A stretch of DNA of 64,000 nt from positions 96,001 to 160,000 of IMG/VR virus record IMGVR_UViG_3300018080_000001. One strand, given 5' to 3'. The first letter of the stretch is position 1. Each line of letters begins with the position of its first letter. The stretch is from a virus. The position numbers and the translations under genes were made by a program. Shown piece after piece: positions 18,416 to 28,773 of the stretch. Under the pieces are notes generated by a model. The model was given only the letters and a program-made list of their open reading frames with translations, had not been told where the DNA came from and ran no database searches.

Positions 18416-21400
18416 TTAATTTATTTTTATCTCCGTCCAAGATGCGGGATCAAAATAAATAGCGTTCGACGCAGTCGCCCAGCCTACACGCTGAGAATAA
18501 TCCCCTGTTGTTGTAGGATTAGTCTGCGTTAATTGACCGGCTGTAGTACTCACATATATTATACCTCCGGGTGTCCAGCTCCAAGTGTCATTCCTAATAG
18601 TACCACTTAATAAAACAGGTTTAGATCCTGTACCTGTAGCAAGAGCTAATGCTATACACGGCATAAAGGCATCCACATTGGCATCTGCCATATCAAAATT
18701 TCCGTCACTGGCAATCGACAAAGGAGCACCAACACCTGCTGTATTTGTATCCACTGTAGCCGTAACCCAATCCCCCGTATAATCCAAATTAGAAGCAGGC
18801 ACCAAAACTAATTGTCTTTTATTAGTACTACGCCACGTAAGATTGCCCGCCAAAAAATGCTCTGAATTATTATCCCCCTTGGGACAAAGTCCGTGAGCGC
18901 TTATAGTAGCATTTAAATCAGTATTATCTTGAGGATCATCAAAATCGTCTAATCTAACAGCATCCGACCCACCTTTTCGGTGTGAAGAACCGTGTACTGT
19001 GGGAGTTCTAGTATCACTGGAATCGTCCAGTGTAGCATCCGATATTTTGGCATTAAGATTAGCCAAAGTATCTGCACTATGCGCAGCGCCGCCCATAGCA
19101 TGTGCTGTGGGCGTTCTAGACGCTGAAGAATCATCCAACGTGGCATCAGAAATCTTAGCGTTCAGATTGGCTAGAGTGTCCGCAGAATGAAGAGCACCCG
19201 CTAAACCGTGCGCTGTAGGAGTACGGGATGCAGAAGAATCATCCAACGTGGCGTCCGACACCTTGGCATTCAGATTAGCAAGGGTGTCAGCACTATGCTC
19301 CACACCCGCTAAATTGTGTGTAAAATCGGATATTGTATTTTTTAGTTGTGTACCCGTATGATTAGCCCGTGCTCTATCCGTTGCATGATAGTGTAAAGCC
19401 GTATCACCGGTATCAGTTAAATCTGTATGCTGAGCATTAGTAAAATGATAATAATCATTTAAAGCCCCACCCTGGATACCAGTCAACGTGTTATGACCGC
19501 CAAAAGGTGATGTAGAAACTGATAGATATGGATCAAACGGAGATTGTATGTCTGTAAAACTAACCCCATTATACTGTACTATAATCTTGAATATAAGAGT
19601 ACCCACGGAAACATTATCAAATTCCGGAGGTAATGTTGTGGGCAATTTAGCTATCTGAGCATCCGATAAATTCGAATAAACCGCTTGTCCATATAAAACA
19701 GACAAAAACGGCGTGGTATCAAAAACTAAAAAACCCCAGTGAACACCATAATTTCCAGCGCCTACAGCTGTCAACACCCCACTGTTATCATAGTTTTGAT
19801 TATCTATCTGTGTCTGACTACTGACCCGATTCCACCCACCAGCGCCATTTTGGTATACATAGGTAAAAGTATCCGCGCCTGAAGTATCAAAAGACGGATG
19901 AGAAATTCTTCGAGAACCATAGAAAAAAAACCCAGCAGTAACACTTAAATTACGAGTTCCGGTTTCTGTGGTCTTTGTCCCAGTTTTTACATGTTCATAG
20001 CCTTTTGTAGTAACAGATTTCTCATAATAGTTATGCTGCATGTCTACAGCTTGATTCCTGAAATCTCTTATGTATAAAGTATTTCCATTTCGTACAATAA
20101 TATAAATGAATATCTCAGAAAATCCATTAACTGGAGTTGTGGAATTTGTTATAATAGGATTTCCCGAATTCTCATCTATATACACATAATTTATAACATT
20201 ACCCGGAGTTGCTTCAGTAAGAGCAATAGAAGCCGCTGCGGGTACAGCATAAACCTTAAGCTCAGAAGACTCGGTAGCACCAACCCGTAACATAGCTTCA
20301 CCCGCAGCTACACCCACAGTCCCATCACCATTATCAGTAATCGCAAACCCATTTACTGTAGTTGAGCACCAATCAGCATTAAATAAACACGCCAAATCAG
20401 TACACGTAATAACCCCAGCATTCCCTTTTGTTATATAAGTCGCAGTAAAAGGATGATCAGGATCAGCAAGACCAGAAAGATTTCCATGATCTTGGACACT
20501 ACCCTCAACAGGATTTGCCCGACTAACACGCCAATCAACAAAGTCCTCACCCGTACCCGTAGATACAAATCTGGTTTTCACAGCATTAGTATAGGCGCTG
20601 CTAGTTTCACTGATAATAGAAGCGATAGCCAAAAATTCCTCAAAGGGTAAACCTGTTAAAATAAGTGAAGAAATTTCAGTATTAGCACCCGTACGAGCGG
20701 ACGCTACATCCGCGTATTCAACCTGTCCAACCACCGCAATAAAAGGCTGATTAGGATCATTAGTACCAAATACATGTATTAGAATAAATTTTCCCTCACC
20801 ACCTTCTGTTAACTGCCAATTACCGCCAGTAAACTGATTCCAAGCCATCCTACCCGTACCCGTTGTAGTCAAAGGAAAAGCAGTTTGCGGATCTATACGA
20901 CGCCAAACACCAGAACCTGATCGATAAAAAACCGGCCAATTTGCAGTAGAAACACGCGCGGATAACGTGTGTATAATATCCTCGTCTATTATTTGACCGC
21001 GTGTCAAACCCAACTGCGCGTGAGCATCTAAACTGCCATCACCGTCCACAACCATAGAAATAGGAGCTAGACCAAAATGATATACGGTACCAATAGCTGT
21101 ATGCCATAAAAACTGATCGGCACCGTCCATTTTAGGACCATGCCTTTCTTCAGCAAAATACAAAGCCTTTTTATTATCCGCATCCCAATAAATAATAGAA
21201 ACTATTGCATTTTGTAAATAAGTAGAAAAAGAAAGAGACGCTTCCTCTTTCAACGTGTAGTCCTCATAATATAAAAAATGTGATCCTTCGATATCCGAGA
21301 TAATAAGAGTGTCCGTATAATCTATATTACGTTTCTGCCCAGATGTATAGTAGGAAAAAGAAGATCCCGTAGGTTGAATAGTAAAGGCGCGAGTACCGTC

Positions 21401-21694
21401 GTCAAAAGCTATAGATGAATCCGTAGTATTAATAAAACCATTGGGCTCCGTACTGTCTACAAATTGATCTATTATAAGAACAGGAATGCTTTTTATTTCA
21501 CTACCATTTTCATCGGTAATAGTTATATACTCATTATCCACAGCATTTTGAATAGACGAAGATGCGGCCACTTCCTCTGCGGTAAATTCCACTAATAAAT
21601 CGTAATTAACAGTAGGGTGCGTAAAAGTTCTTGCACCCAAGTCATCCAAAACAACTGGACTCTGTAATCCGGTAGTTGTCAAATATATAGGCAT
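18416..21694 (-). CDS. Large virion fibre protein
   Basis: 1092 aa; His-containing shaft repeats (RANHTGTQ); C-terminal WTPGGIIYVSTTAGQLTQT...QRVG domain. Confidence 0.75.
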   Translation of the reverse strand: MPIYLTTTGLQSPVVLDDLGARTFTHPTVNYDLLVEFTAEEVAASSSIQNAVDNEYITITDENGSEIKSIPVLIIDQFVDSTEPNGFINTTDSSIAFDDGTRAFTIQPTGSSFSYYTSGQKRNIDYTDTLIISDIEGSHFLYYEDYTLKEEASLSFSTYLQNAIVSIIYWDADNKKALYFAEERHGPKMDGADQFLWHTAIGTVYHFGLAPISMVVDGDGSLDAHAQLGLTRGQIIDEDIIHTLSARVSTANWPVFYRSGSGVWRRIDPQTAFPLTTTGTGRMAWNQFTGGNWQLTEGGEGKFILIHVFGTNDPNQPFIAVVGQVEYADVASARTGANTEISSLILTGLPFEEFLAIASIISETSSAYTNAVKTRFVSTGTGEDFVDWRVSRANPVEGSVQDHGNLSGLADPDHPFTATYITKGNAGVITCTDLACLFNADWCSTTVNGFAITDNGDGTVGVAAGEAMLRVGATESSELKVYAVPAAASIALTEATPGNVINYVYIDENSGNPIITNSTTPVNGFSEIFIYIIVRNGNTLYIRDFRNQAVDMQHNYYEKSVTTKGYEHVKTGTKTTETGTRNLSVTAGFFFYGSRRISHPSFDTSGADTFTYVYQNGAGGWNRVSSQTQIDNQNYDNSGVLTAVGAGNYGVHWGFLVFDTTPFLSVLYGQAVYSNLSDAQIAKLPTTLPPEFDNVSVGTLIFKIIVQYNGVSFTDIQSPFDPYLSVSTSPFGGHNTLTGIQGGALNDYYHFTNAQHTDLTDTGDTALHYHATDRARANHTGTQLKNTISDFTHNLAGVEHSADTLANLNAKVSDATLDDSSASRTPTAHGLAGALHSADTLANLNAKISDATLDDSSASRTPTAHAMGGAAHSADTLANLNAKISDATLDDSSDTRTPTVHGSSHRKGGSDAVRLDDFDDPQDNTDLNATISAHGLCPKGDNNSEHFLAGNLTWRSTNKRQLVLVPASNLDYTGDWVTATVDTNTAGVGAPLSIASDGNFDMADANVDAFMPCIALALATGTGSKPVLLSGTIRNDTWSWTPGGIIYVSTTAGQLTQTNPTTTGDYSQRVGWATASNAIYFDPASWTEIKIN
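18990..19320 (-). repeat. Three 108-bp (36 aa) tandem repeats in the fibre gene
   Basis: HSADTLANLNAK(V/I)SDATLDDSS..RTPT at 108-nt spacing, with synonymous divergence. Confidence 0.9.
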
Positions 21695-21698
21695 TATC

Positions 21699-22352
21699 CT
21701 ATCTCCTTACCACTAGTACATTAATAATCGGACGATCTATTAATGTGCCATTACAATACATTTGAATCTCATCACCCGCATCAATATTTACTGACGGCGC
21801 AACATAACCCTGATCAGCGTTCACAATTGACAAAGAAACTATAGGTGTTAAAACACCGTTTTTACGCACTTCAGCCACCCATGTTTCGTTTCCACTAGTA
21901 GACACAGTAACAAAACCTATAGTAAGCGCAACAGGTACATAATAACCAGATATATTAGTAGGCACATTCCCAGGACCTCTTAAGTACGAATTAGTTACAA
22001 GACTATCTCTACCCGCAGAAATAAGAGCACTACCATAAGCCGAACTACCCACAGCAGCTATGTACTTCAAATCCATTACACCATCACGACTTAAGAGTAT
22101 TCCGTCCAAATAAACATCGATATCGGAGCTATCTATTAAACCAAGCAAAGAATTTACAAATAAATCATCCAATTGGATATATTTCATATCCAAAGTCTCG
22201 CTACCTTTAGGTGCTACGGTAACACTGGCAAATCCAGTTTTACCTATAACGGAAATAGACTTATTATCATCCTTATTAGTAATCGTAATAAATCGGGCAT
22301 CAGGCATTTCACACCCCCTGACAAAATTATTAGAAGTGAAGATCTCCCCCAC
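21699..22352 (-). CDS. Virion protein with N-terminal domain related to the 34-43 kb fibre paralogs
   Basis: FITITN...LDMKYIQLDD...VYLDGILLS.D.VMDLKY; start may be ATG 22307. Confidence 0.6.
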   Translation of the reverse strand: MGEIFTSNNFVRGCEMPDARFITITNKDDNKSISVIGKTGFASVTVAPKGSETLDMKYIQLDDLFVNSLLGLIDSSDIDVYLDGILLSRDGVMDLKYIAAVGSSAYGSALISAGRDSLVTNSYLRGPGNVPTNISGYYVPVALTIGFVTVSTSGNETWVAEVRKNGVLTPIVSLSIVNADQGYVAPSVNIDAGDEIQMYCNGTLIDRPIINVLVVRR

Positions 22353-22408
22353 ATCATAACAAAATATATTATCACTATAATGTAGAGAATTCTTAAAGAC
22401 TTTAAATA

Positions 22409-22579
22409 TTATTTATTATAATTATCGGAATAAAGTTTACATTTAGAATAGTATTCACCGCACACTTCTTTATCACAAGTACTGTCGTGCTCACCAAAAC
22501 AGGAAGGCTTACTCGATACTTTTTTATCCGACAACTTAGTAAAAACTATTTTCTCTATCTTTTTCCTACGCTTAGCCAT
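22409..22579 (-). CDS. Small Cys-rich protein
   Basis: 56 aa by manual translation, MAKRRKK...CFGEHDSTCDKEVCGEYYSKC; abuts terminase stop. Confidence 0.5.
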   Translation of the reverse strand: MAKRRKKIEKIVFTKLSDKKVSSKPSCFGEHDSTCDKEVCGEYYSKCKLYSDNYNK

Positions 22580-24763
22580 TTACCAAGGTCTCTTACCGGG
22601 CAATAACCTACCTGTATAAGATCCAGCCTGAGAAACTTGTCGCTTTCTCATCTCGCGCAGCTTCATAGTATCCGACGTTCTATCTACTACAGAATCTTGT
22701 ACCAGTTTATTAGCGCCCACTACACAATGTGCAGTGTCATCGGAATCAATACCGCGCTTCTTACCTTTATTTGGGTTAAAAACTTTCTTCAAGTCCGGAG
22801 ATCTGTTCAAACGCATAAGCTCCACAACCGCCACACCCGCTCCACTCATTTCAACTTGTGTCTTCCCAAACATTAAATTTCCATGTGCATCTATATCAAG
22901 ATTGTCTTTTTCATCGGGTGGCAGCATCACAACACGACCGTTATAAGCTAAACGTACAAAAGACACAAAATCCTCGACCTTCAAACTCTCTTTATGAGAC
23001 ATAATACCTAAATCTCTTATCTGTTGTATGGAACTATCAGAACTCCAACGATCAAAACAGACTGAAGCAATATTAATACGATCTTTTAAATTTTGGATAA
23101 TATCTATAATACATTGAAACCAAATATCGCGCTCAACAGTGGGTACAATGCGCATAGCGAAATCCACCACCGTCGTTAACATCTCTCCAGGGTGTATTCT
23201 TGAGACAATAGGCTTAACCGGCTGATTTACAAAACGCTTCCCCATTCCTCTAGCTGAAGGACTATCGGGATGAACACCGTACCTATCCTGTATATGCATC
23301 ATGCCGCCTGATGGCTCTATACGCCCTCTGGCTGGCTCCGCAATCGCCGCATTGCCCTCTTCATATATCTCAGCATCAACCCACTCAGGATGAGCACAGA
23401 CAAGCGCAAAACTATCCCAAGAGACACCCGCATCACCAAACAAATAATGAGGGGTCTTAGGCACTAAATCGCAAAATTCTAAGGCAGAAGCCACATACAA
23501 CTTTTCCGTTTTATCACTACGGTATTCTTCAACAAACGTAGCAATCGGCCTACGATTAAAATCAATTGAAGACCAAAATCTTAAGGGATCATCAATCAAC
23601 GGTGTTTCTGCATTTGGAGGATTAGCCCCAAAATCTCTCTCCGCACCTATTGGATCTTCCGCGTATTTATCATCAAAAGCAGACCTTGGCTGCTCTGGAT
23701 TAAACTCCCATGTAGGGCAGTGCACCCAATAAGTTTTCTTCAACTCCCTGGCCTGTGCTCTTTTGCAATGAAGCATCGCAGGATCTTCTTGAGATAGGGG
23801 GGAAGTAACATTAAACATCATACCAAAAGGTAACGTTGTAATATCATGAACCAGATTATAGTTTCTTACCGTCATCAAAGAGTTGTCCAAAACTCGATAT
23901 AACTCTTTAGCAGATCGTGCGCTTTCCGTATCCTGTAAACGAGACCACTCATCAATAGAAGAAAATATCCTAGTTTTACCCGCTACACCACTACTATCGG
24001 AAGCAATCCTATTGTAACGAACTTGTAAATAACCATCACTTATAATATGATCTAACTGACGGTACTTCCAAGGATCTACGCTGCCTGTCTGCTTTCTTTC
24101 CTTTTTCTTAACCCAATTTATATACTTTTTTATCCAAGGGCTGTTCTTGCGCATCTCTCTATATTTTGCGTATATAGTATCTTGCGCCTGAGTTGCAGTA
24201 GATGCGGCAAAAGTCACTTCAAACCATTCTGATCTCTCCTGACCTAGAAATGTTTGGAGAGCTCCTTTGTTTCTTATACCCTGGGTTATAGCTAAATGCT
24301 CTATATAACCCCCAACATGACCGCCTGAATACGATTTTCCCGCACGCATTCCTATAATCCAAATACCGTCATTTACATAACGAATAACCCCGTCTTTAAG
24401 AAATTCCCGCATCGTATTGCCGCACTTAGGACAAACAAAATCTTTATAATCGGTATTCCAAACTAATAATGTCTCGGACTCTAATTCTAATCTAGATTTA
24501 CCCCAACAACTTATATCTTCAGGATCTTGAGAATTACATAACTTGCATCTCAAATTAAACATATCTCGAAGATGCTGGTATTGCCCCCAAAACTTATAAG
24601 TAGACGGAACATTCCAGTACTCCGTACGAGTAATCCATTCAATTATGTTTGGAGCCGGTTGACTAAGATATTCTAAATCTTTATCGACAGAAGCTGACCC
24701 AGAAGAAACGCAGCTATCTATTTTATCGTCTAAATCAGATAAAAAATCATCCAAGTCTTTCAT
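22580..24763 (-). CDS. terL: Terminase large subunit
   Basis: Walker A GMRAGKS, Walker B SSIDEW, nuclease-domain LFGDAG and DSDDTAH; N-terminal CxxC pairs. Confidence 0.88.
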   Translation of the reverse strand: MKDLDDFLSDLDDKIDSCVSSGSASVDKDLEYLSQPAPNIIEWITRTEYWNVPSTYKFWGQYQHLRDMFNLRCKLCNSQDPEDISCWGKSRLELESETLLVWNTDYKDFVCPKCGNTMREFLKDGVIRYVNDGIWIIGMRAGKSYSGGHVGGYIEHLAITQGIRNKGALQTFLGQERSEWFEVTFAASTATQAQDTIYAKYREMRKNSPWIKKYINWVKKKERKQTGSVDPWKYRQLDHIISDGYLQVRYNRIASDSSGVAGKTRIFSSIDEWSRLQDTESARSAKELYRVLDNSLMTVRNYNLVHDITTLPFGMMFNVTSPLSQEDPAMLHCKRAQARELKKTYWVHCPTWEFNPEQPRSAFDDKYAEDPIGAERDFGANPPNAETPLIDDPLRFWSSIDFNRRPIATFVEEYRSDKTEKLYVASALEFCDLVPKTPHYLFGDAGVSWDSFALVCAHPEWVDAEIYEEGNAAIAEPARGRIEPSGGMMHIQDRYGVHPDSPSARGMGKRFVNQPVKPIVSRIHPGEMLTTVVDFAMRIVPTVERDIWFQCIIDIIQNLKDRINIASVCFDRWSSDSSIQQIRDLGIMSHKESLKVEDFVSFVRLAYNGRVVMLPPDEKDNLDIDAHGNLMFGKTQVEMSGAGVAVVELMRLNRSPDLKKVFNPNKGKKRGIDSDDTAHCVVGANKLVQDSVVDRTSDTMKLREMRKRQVSQAGSYTGRLLPGKRPW

Positions 24764-25014
24764 TAACTTTTCTTTAAAGACCTAGAACTAGTACTTAAAC
24801 CACAATCATATAGACATTTCAAGAATTCTTTGAAAGTCATATTAATATTATAGGATCTACCACATTTTAAATGAACTACACAAAAAGGTTCTCCCGAAAT
24901 AGATAGCTTGGTATGGTCTTCAACAGACGATATATCCTCCGGTTCTATTAGAACTTGTTCATACGTGTCTACAGAACCAGAATGTAAATAAAGCAATGAA
25001 ATTTTACTTTTCAT
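24763..25014 (-). CDS. Hypothetical protein
   Basis: 83 aa, coupled ORF. Confidence 0.55.
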   Translation of the reverse strand: MKSKISLLYLHSGSVDTYEQVLIEPEDISSVEDHTKLSISGEPFCVVHLKCGRSYNINMTFKEFLKCLYDCGLSTSSRSLKKS

Positions 25015-25015
25015 A

Positions 25016-25300
25016 TTATAACAATCTTTCCAAATAAAAATTATTTACTAAAATTTTATTTATTGTATTTGTTATCTTAAGATCAGGAATATTTTCCGGA
25101 ATTTTATATTTATCTCCATCAATATATAGTACTAAACCTTTAGGGCGAAGATTAAAAACTTTCGGAATTTCTACTACTGCAACTTTTATATTCTCACCTT
25201 CAACATAATCAGAATCAACCATTACAACACGAGCAATAGGTTTTCCAATCTCATCACGAGCCATATGATCTTTAGAAAAATATTTTGGTTTATCTACCAC
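25016..25300 (-). CDS. Hypothetical protein
   Basis: 94 aa, coupled ORF. Confidence 0.55.
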   Translation of the reverse strand: MVDKPKYFSKDHMARDEIGKPIARVVMVDSDYVEGENIKVAVVEIPKVFNLRPKGLVLYIDGDKYKIPENIPDLKITNTINKILVNNFYLERLL

Positions 25301-25494
25301 TAAATCCAGCCCTTCTTTTCAGCAAACCAACTGGATGCTATTAAATCACCTTCAGTTCCTTCCTTATATACTTCAGAATCATCATCAATTTGGGATAAAG
25401 GAATCCATAGAGCCTCATCAAATTCATCGCACTCAACTAAAATGGCTTTATCTGTTTCTCTGACACAGACACATTTTTCTATTGTGTGTTTCAT
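25300..25494 (-). CDS. Small phage protein (ETDKAIL...WIPLSQI type)
   Basis: 64 aa, coupled ORF. Confidence 0.6.
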   Translation of the reverse strand: MKHTIEKCVCVRETDKAILVECDEFDEALWIPLSQIDDDSEVYKEGTEGDLIASSWFAEKKGWI

Positions 25495-25760
25495 CTTTCT
25501 TTATTCTCGCCTATAACAACAGGACCCACAGGTTCAAATAAAATTGACGTTTCTCCAATATAAGCACATTTAAAAGTATAATCATTTATGACATACTTTT
25601 CACCCACGGTAAAAATACTCCAATGTTTCGGTACAGGAGATCCATCAGGTCTTAATAAAACATTTTTAACAAAGGTATCGGGATTATATTCATTTATTTT
25701 ATCAGCAATTTTCTTCGTGTCTGAAGATAGTACTTCAAATTTATTTGTTTCGGGATTCAT
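25491..25760 (-). CDS. Hypothetical protein
   Basis: 89 aa ORF. Confidence 0.6.
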   Translation of the reverse strand: MNPETNKFEVLSSDTKKIADKINEYNPDTFVKNVLLRPDGSPVPKHWSIFTVGEKYVINDYTFKCAYIGETSILFEPVGPVVIGENKER

Positions 25761-25772
25761 TTTTTATCCTAT

Positions 25773-26003
25773 CTAGTTGCCTCGCGTGCGTTTATATAAT
25801 CCTCGCGGAAACGGAATCTGTTCACAACAAGTCTTAGGTCTTAAATCTCTAGAACGAAAATTACCAGTTTTTTCGTTTTCGTTTTTAGATAATTCAAATT
25901 CAAAACCCTTTTCATAACACGGAGCATTAAAACACTTGTAATTACCTTTTTTATTAATAGTTTCCTCTGCTGTCATTTTTCCACACAATGGACATTTCTT
26001 CAT
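25773..26003 (-). CDS. Small zinc-ribbon protein
   Basis: CPLC...CFNAPC. Confidence 0.55.
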   Translation of the reverse strand: MKKCPLCGKMTAEETINKKGNYKCFNAPCYEKGFEFELSKNENEKTGNFRSRDLRPKTCCEQIPFPRGLYKRTRGN

Positions 26004-26004
26004 T

Positions 26005-26799
26005 TTATTTTATCCCAAAATCCTTTATTATACTATTTATAATATCGCGCACAGCAGATTTCATATTGGTCTTAACCTTCGACCTTATTAAAGAAATTAC
26101 CTCGTCTGGAACAGATGAATTAGCCGGTAATATCTGCCTAAGCATTGTGTTTGCCTCTTCAGTGGCATCAATTAAACTATTTAAAAAAGACATTGTTGTA
26201 TGCTCAACCGCGCTTTTAATTGCGGATTCAGTTATTTTACTACTATTTTTTAATTTTAATAAATCTTGTCTAGTAGATATAGCGGATTGAGCTAAATCAA
26301 ATGCCAATTTCATTTCTTGTATGCTCGGTTTTTTATTAGGATTTTTTTCCAACTCCTTTTTGGTTCGATCATTATATTCCATAAGACGCTGCTCTAAATC
26401 ACGAATCATGTCTCGAAGTTGATTAAATTTATCTAACTCTGTTATATAACCATCTGTTACAACGGCATCTGCCATAGCCTGCGTTGTTTCATCAAACGCG
26501 GCAGAACCACGCTCAACAGAAGTTGTTATACTGCGAGAAACCTCTAGCATCATTAAGTCCACTGTAGGAATATGTTGTTTAAAATGATTAGATAAATTTT
26601 GATGATTAAATTTCGGAAGCTGTTTTTCTCTAATAACTCCATTATTATAAACTTCTATCGAGTTATTTAACCAAGCCAAAACTTTAGTTTGAGACATTTT
26701 ATCTTTTAATACTTTATTATGTACTTGTACCCAAAGATCTTTGTCTCGCTTAATTAATTTGCATAACTTGCATTTGTAATGTAACTTTGCTTTAGTCAT
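26005..26799 (-). CDS. Candidate terminase small subunit / DNA-binding protein
   Basis: CKLC...NHFKQH N-terminal domain plus helical coiled coil, upstream of terL. Confidence 0.4.
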   Translation of the reverse strand: MTKAKLHYKCKLCKLIKRDKDLWVQVHNKVLKDKMSQTKVLAWLNNSIEVYNNGVIREKQLPKFNHQNLSNHFKQHIPTVDLMMLEVSRSITTSVERGSAAFDETTQAMADAVVTDGYITELDKFNQLRDMIRDLEQRLMEYNDRTKKELEKNPNKKPSIQEMKLAFDLAQSAISTRQDLLKLKNSSKITESAIKSAVEHTTMSFLNSLIDATEEANTMLRQILPANSSVPDEVISLIRSKVKTNMKSAVRDIINSIIKDFGIK

Positions 26800-26847
26800 T
26801 ATTCAGCACAACAAAAAGATATAATATTGTAATTCTCCAAAATCACG

Positions 26848-27255
26848 CTACCCTCCGGCTACTGTATCATACCCATAAATCTCACAACTCGTAGGATCTT
26901 CTTCCCCGCAATCGGGTAAATTCTTAACACGATTTAATTGCTCTTCGGAAATTTCCTCGCGGTGCATCGCCAAATAATGTATGCACAAAAAATTTGTTAT
27001 TTCCCCACCGGGAAGTAGATAATCAACATTTGAACTAGCCGCGCCACAAGAACAAGTATGAAAGCCTCTTGTAGAAAGCCCAGCAATAAATTTACCTGTA
27101 TTTACTCCAACACGGCCTATGCCACTATCCGCGCAACCTTCGCACACAGCAGATCTAAAACAAGCAGTCATTTTTTTAGTAAGATTATCTATCACGGGCT
27201 TCTTACCCGGTTTATTTTTAGGCTCAATAAAAAGTAAAAATCTGTTATCGATCAT
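26848..27255 (-). CDS. Hypothetical Cys/His protein
   Basis: RGFHTCSCG...LCIHYLAMHR. Confidence 0.65.
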   Translation of the reverse strand: MIDNRFLLFIEPKNKPGKKPVIDNLTKKMTACFRSAVCEGCADSGIGRVGVNTGKFIAGLSTRGFHTCSCGAASSNVDYLLPGGEITNFLCIHYLAMHREEISEEQLNRVKNLPDCGEEDPTSCEIYGYDTVAGG

Positions 27256-27259
27256 CCCA

Positions 27260-27670
27260 TCACCCTATATTATATTTGAATCGTTGCCCGTCACTCTCAG
27301 GACTACCACAAAAATAAGTGTACCAGAAAAAACCTGCGTCAATTAGACCCACTAGCGGAAATATAATAAAAAATATTTTCCACTCAGTTGGAACTAAGTA
27401 AACTACAAGTGACATAAGAAAGAACCAAAATAAACCAGCAAAAAATGGTGCTATGTGTCTTGGCTTTGGGGAAGCAAACTCAGAAGCCTCTCCAGAAATG
27501 TAACGAGAAAAATAAAATCTAGAACGATACCGGTGCGGGTAGGGGTAAACACCCAAAGGTTTTCTTCCCTCAACGATCCAACCAACCAAAAGGTGGCTTA
27601 ACTCATGCATAAGATTTTGCATAAACCAGGCTACGGGGATAGTCAAGAAAACATACCAAGAAAATTCCAT
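27260..27670 (-). CDS. Membrane zincin-like metallopeptidase
   Basis: HELSH (HExxH) in hydrophobic context, ...AP...SDG; GAGGAG RBS before ATG 27670. Confidence 0.6.
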   Translation of the reverse strand: MEFSWYVFLTIPVAWFMQNLMHELSHLLVGWIVEGRKPLGVYPYPHRYRSRFYFSRYISGEASEFASPKPRHIAPFFAGLFWFFLMSLVVYLVPTEWKIFFIIFPLVGLIDAGFFWYTYFCGSPESDGQRFKYNIG

Positions 27671-27739
27671 TTCGCAGCTCCTCACAAAATAAGATACTTT
27701 TACAAAAAATAAGATTTTGATAATCGATAGCAATAAGCG

Positions 27740-28082
27740 GATTAAAAATTTATTTTCAAATTTTTAAATATAAAAACTATATTTTTAGTTATAAACTATA
27801 ATAGACCCTTCCCCTCTTTCCTTCCTTCTCCCCCATACCCCCTCTTCTATCCTATTACCCTAACCCTTTAGAACTTAGAAATACATGTTTGTATTTCTAA
27901 GTTCATATTGTTATTAGACTACTTGTCACCTATGGTGACATGTACTCCAAGTTCTATGTTCAATCTCTGCTACTATATTTATATTATAACTATGTTCAAA
28001 TGGACGTATAGCTATAATATAAATATAGATAGCAAGATTTTCCCTACGGTAAAATCTACTATTCAGCGCACGCGCGCGTGAT
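27740..28082. other. Non-coding hairpin-rich region, candidate replication origin or packaging site
   Basis: AT-rich tract, pyrimidine tract with CCCCCATACCCCC, three inverted repeats (27871-27904, 27924-27940, 28029-28062), CACGCGCGCGTG palindrome. Confidence 0.45.
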
Positions 28083-28436
28083 CTAATCTAAAAGAGAATT
28101 TCCAGATAGAAAAATACTTCTGAGATTTCCTAATTCAAAAATTATAGCTTCAAGTTTATTGTATGCTTGGTTTCTACATTTACCAGCTAAAATTATTTCC
28201 ATAGTTTCATAAGATAATCTTTCTAGCTTATCTATAGACTTAAGCTCTACACTTTCCTGGATTTCTTCTAAATGTTTTTTTAACTTTACATCGTGTTTTA
28301 TACTTATTAATGGTGTTTTTTCTACATTTTCCATGTTATTATTTTCTATTAATTCTATTTTTTTATCTACGTTTTTCATAGAATCTAATCCTCTTGATCT
28401 ACTATTTTTTCCAGTAATTTTATTAAATCTTCGCAC
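28083..28436 (-). CDS. Hypothetical protein
   Basis: 117 aa ORF; start uncertain. Confidence 0.5.
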   Translation of the reverse strand: MRRFNKITGKNSRSRGLDSMKNVDKKIELIENNNMENVEKTPLISIKHDVKLKKHLEEIQESVELKSIDKLERLSYETMEIILAGKCRNQAYNKLEAIIFELGNLRSIFLSGNSLLD

Positions 28437-28588
28437 GCTTCTTTCTTGAAATGAACAACTACAATGCCTCCATTTACATTATTTTTTGTACAATAATTAT
28501 ACTGAATTTTTAATTTTTCTAAAATTAAAAACAAGTCTAAATTATCTACTTTTGATAAACCTAATTTTATAGGTTTTATATTACTCAT
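28385..28588 (-). CDS. Hypothetical protein
   Basis: 67 aa, ATGA-coupled. Confidence 0.55.
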   Translation of the reverse strand: MSNIKPIKLGLSKVDNLDLFLILEKLKIQYNYCTKNNVNGGIVVVHFKKEACEDLIKLLEKIVDQED

Positions 28589-28773
28589 GGCGCTTCTTCC
28601 GTCATAAATTGCATGGAACTCTTGGTTAAAACCAGATCAGAAATTTTTAGTCTTTCATCAGGATTCAAGCACGTAGCACACGTAAGTTTTTTTCTAAACT
28701 TTATAACTATATCAACTTTTCCGCAATGCTTACACACACCCTTTTTACCCAGACTTCTACTGTTATTTGTCAT
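28585..28773 (-). CDS. Small zinc-finger protein
   Basis: CKHC...CATC; start overlaps the kinase stop codon. Confidence 0.6.
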   Translation of the reverse strand: MTNNSRSLGKKGVCKHCGKVDIVIKFRKKLTCATCLNPDERLKISDLVLTKSSMQFMTEEAP

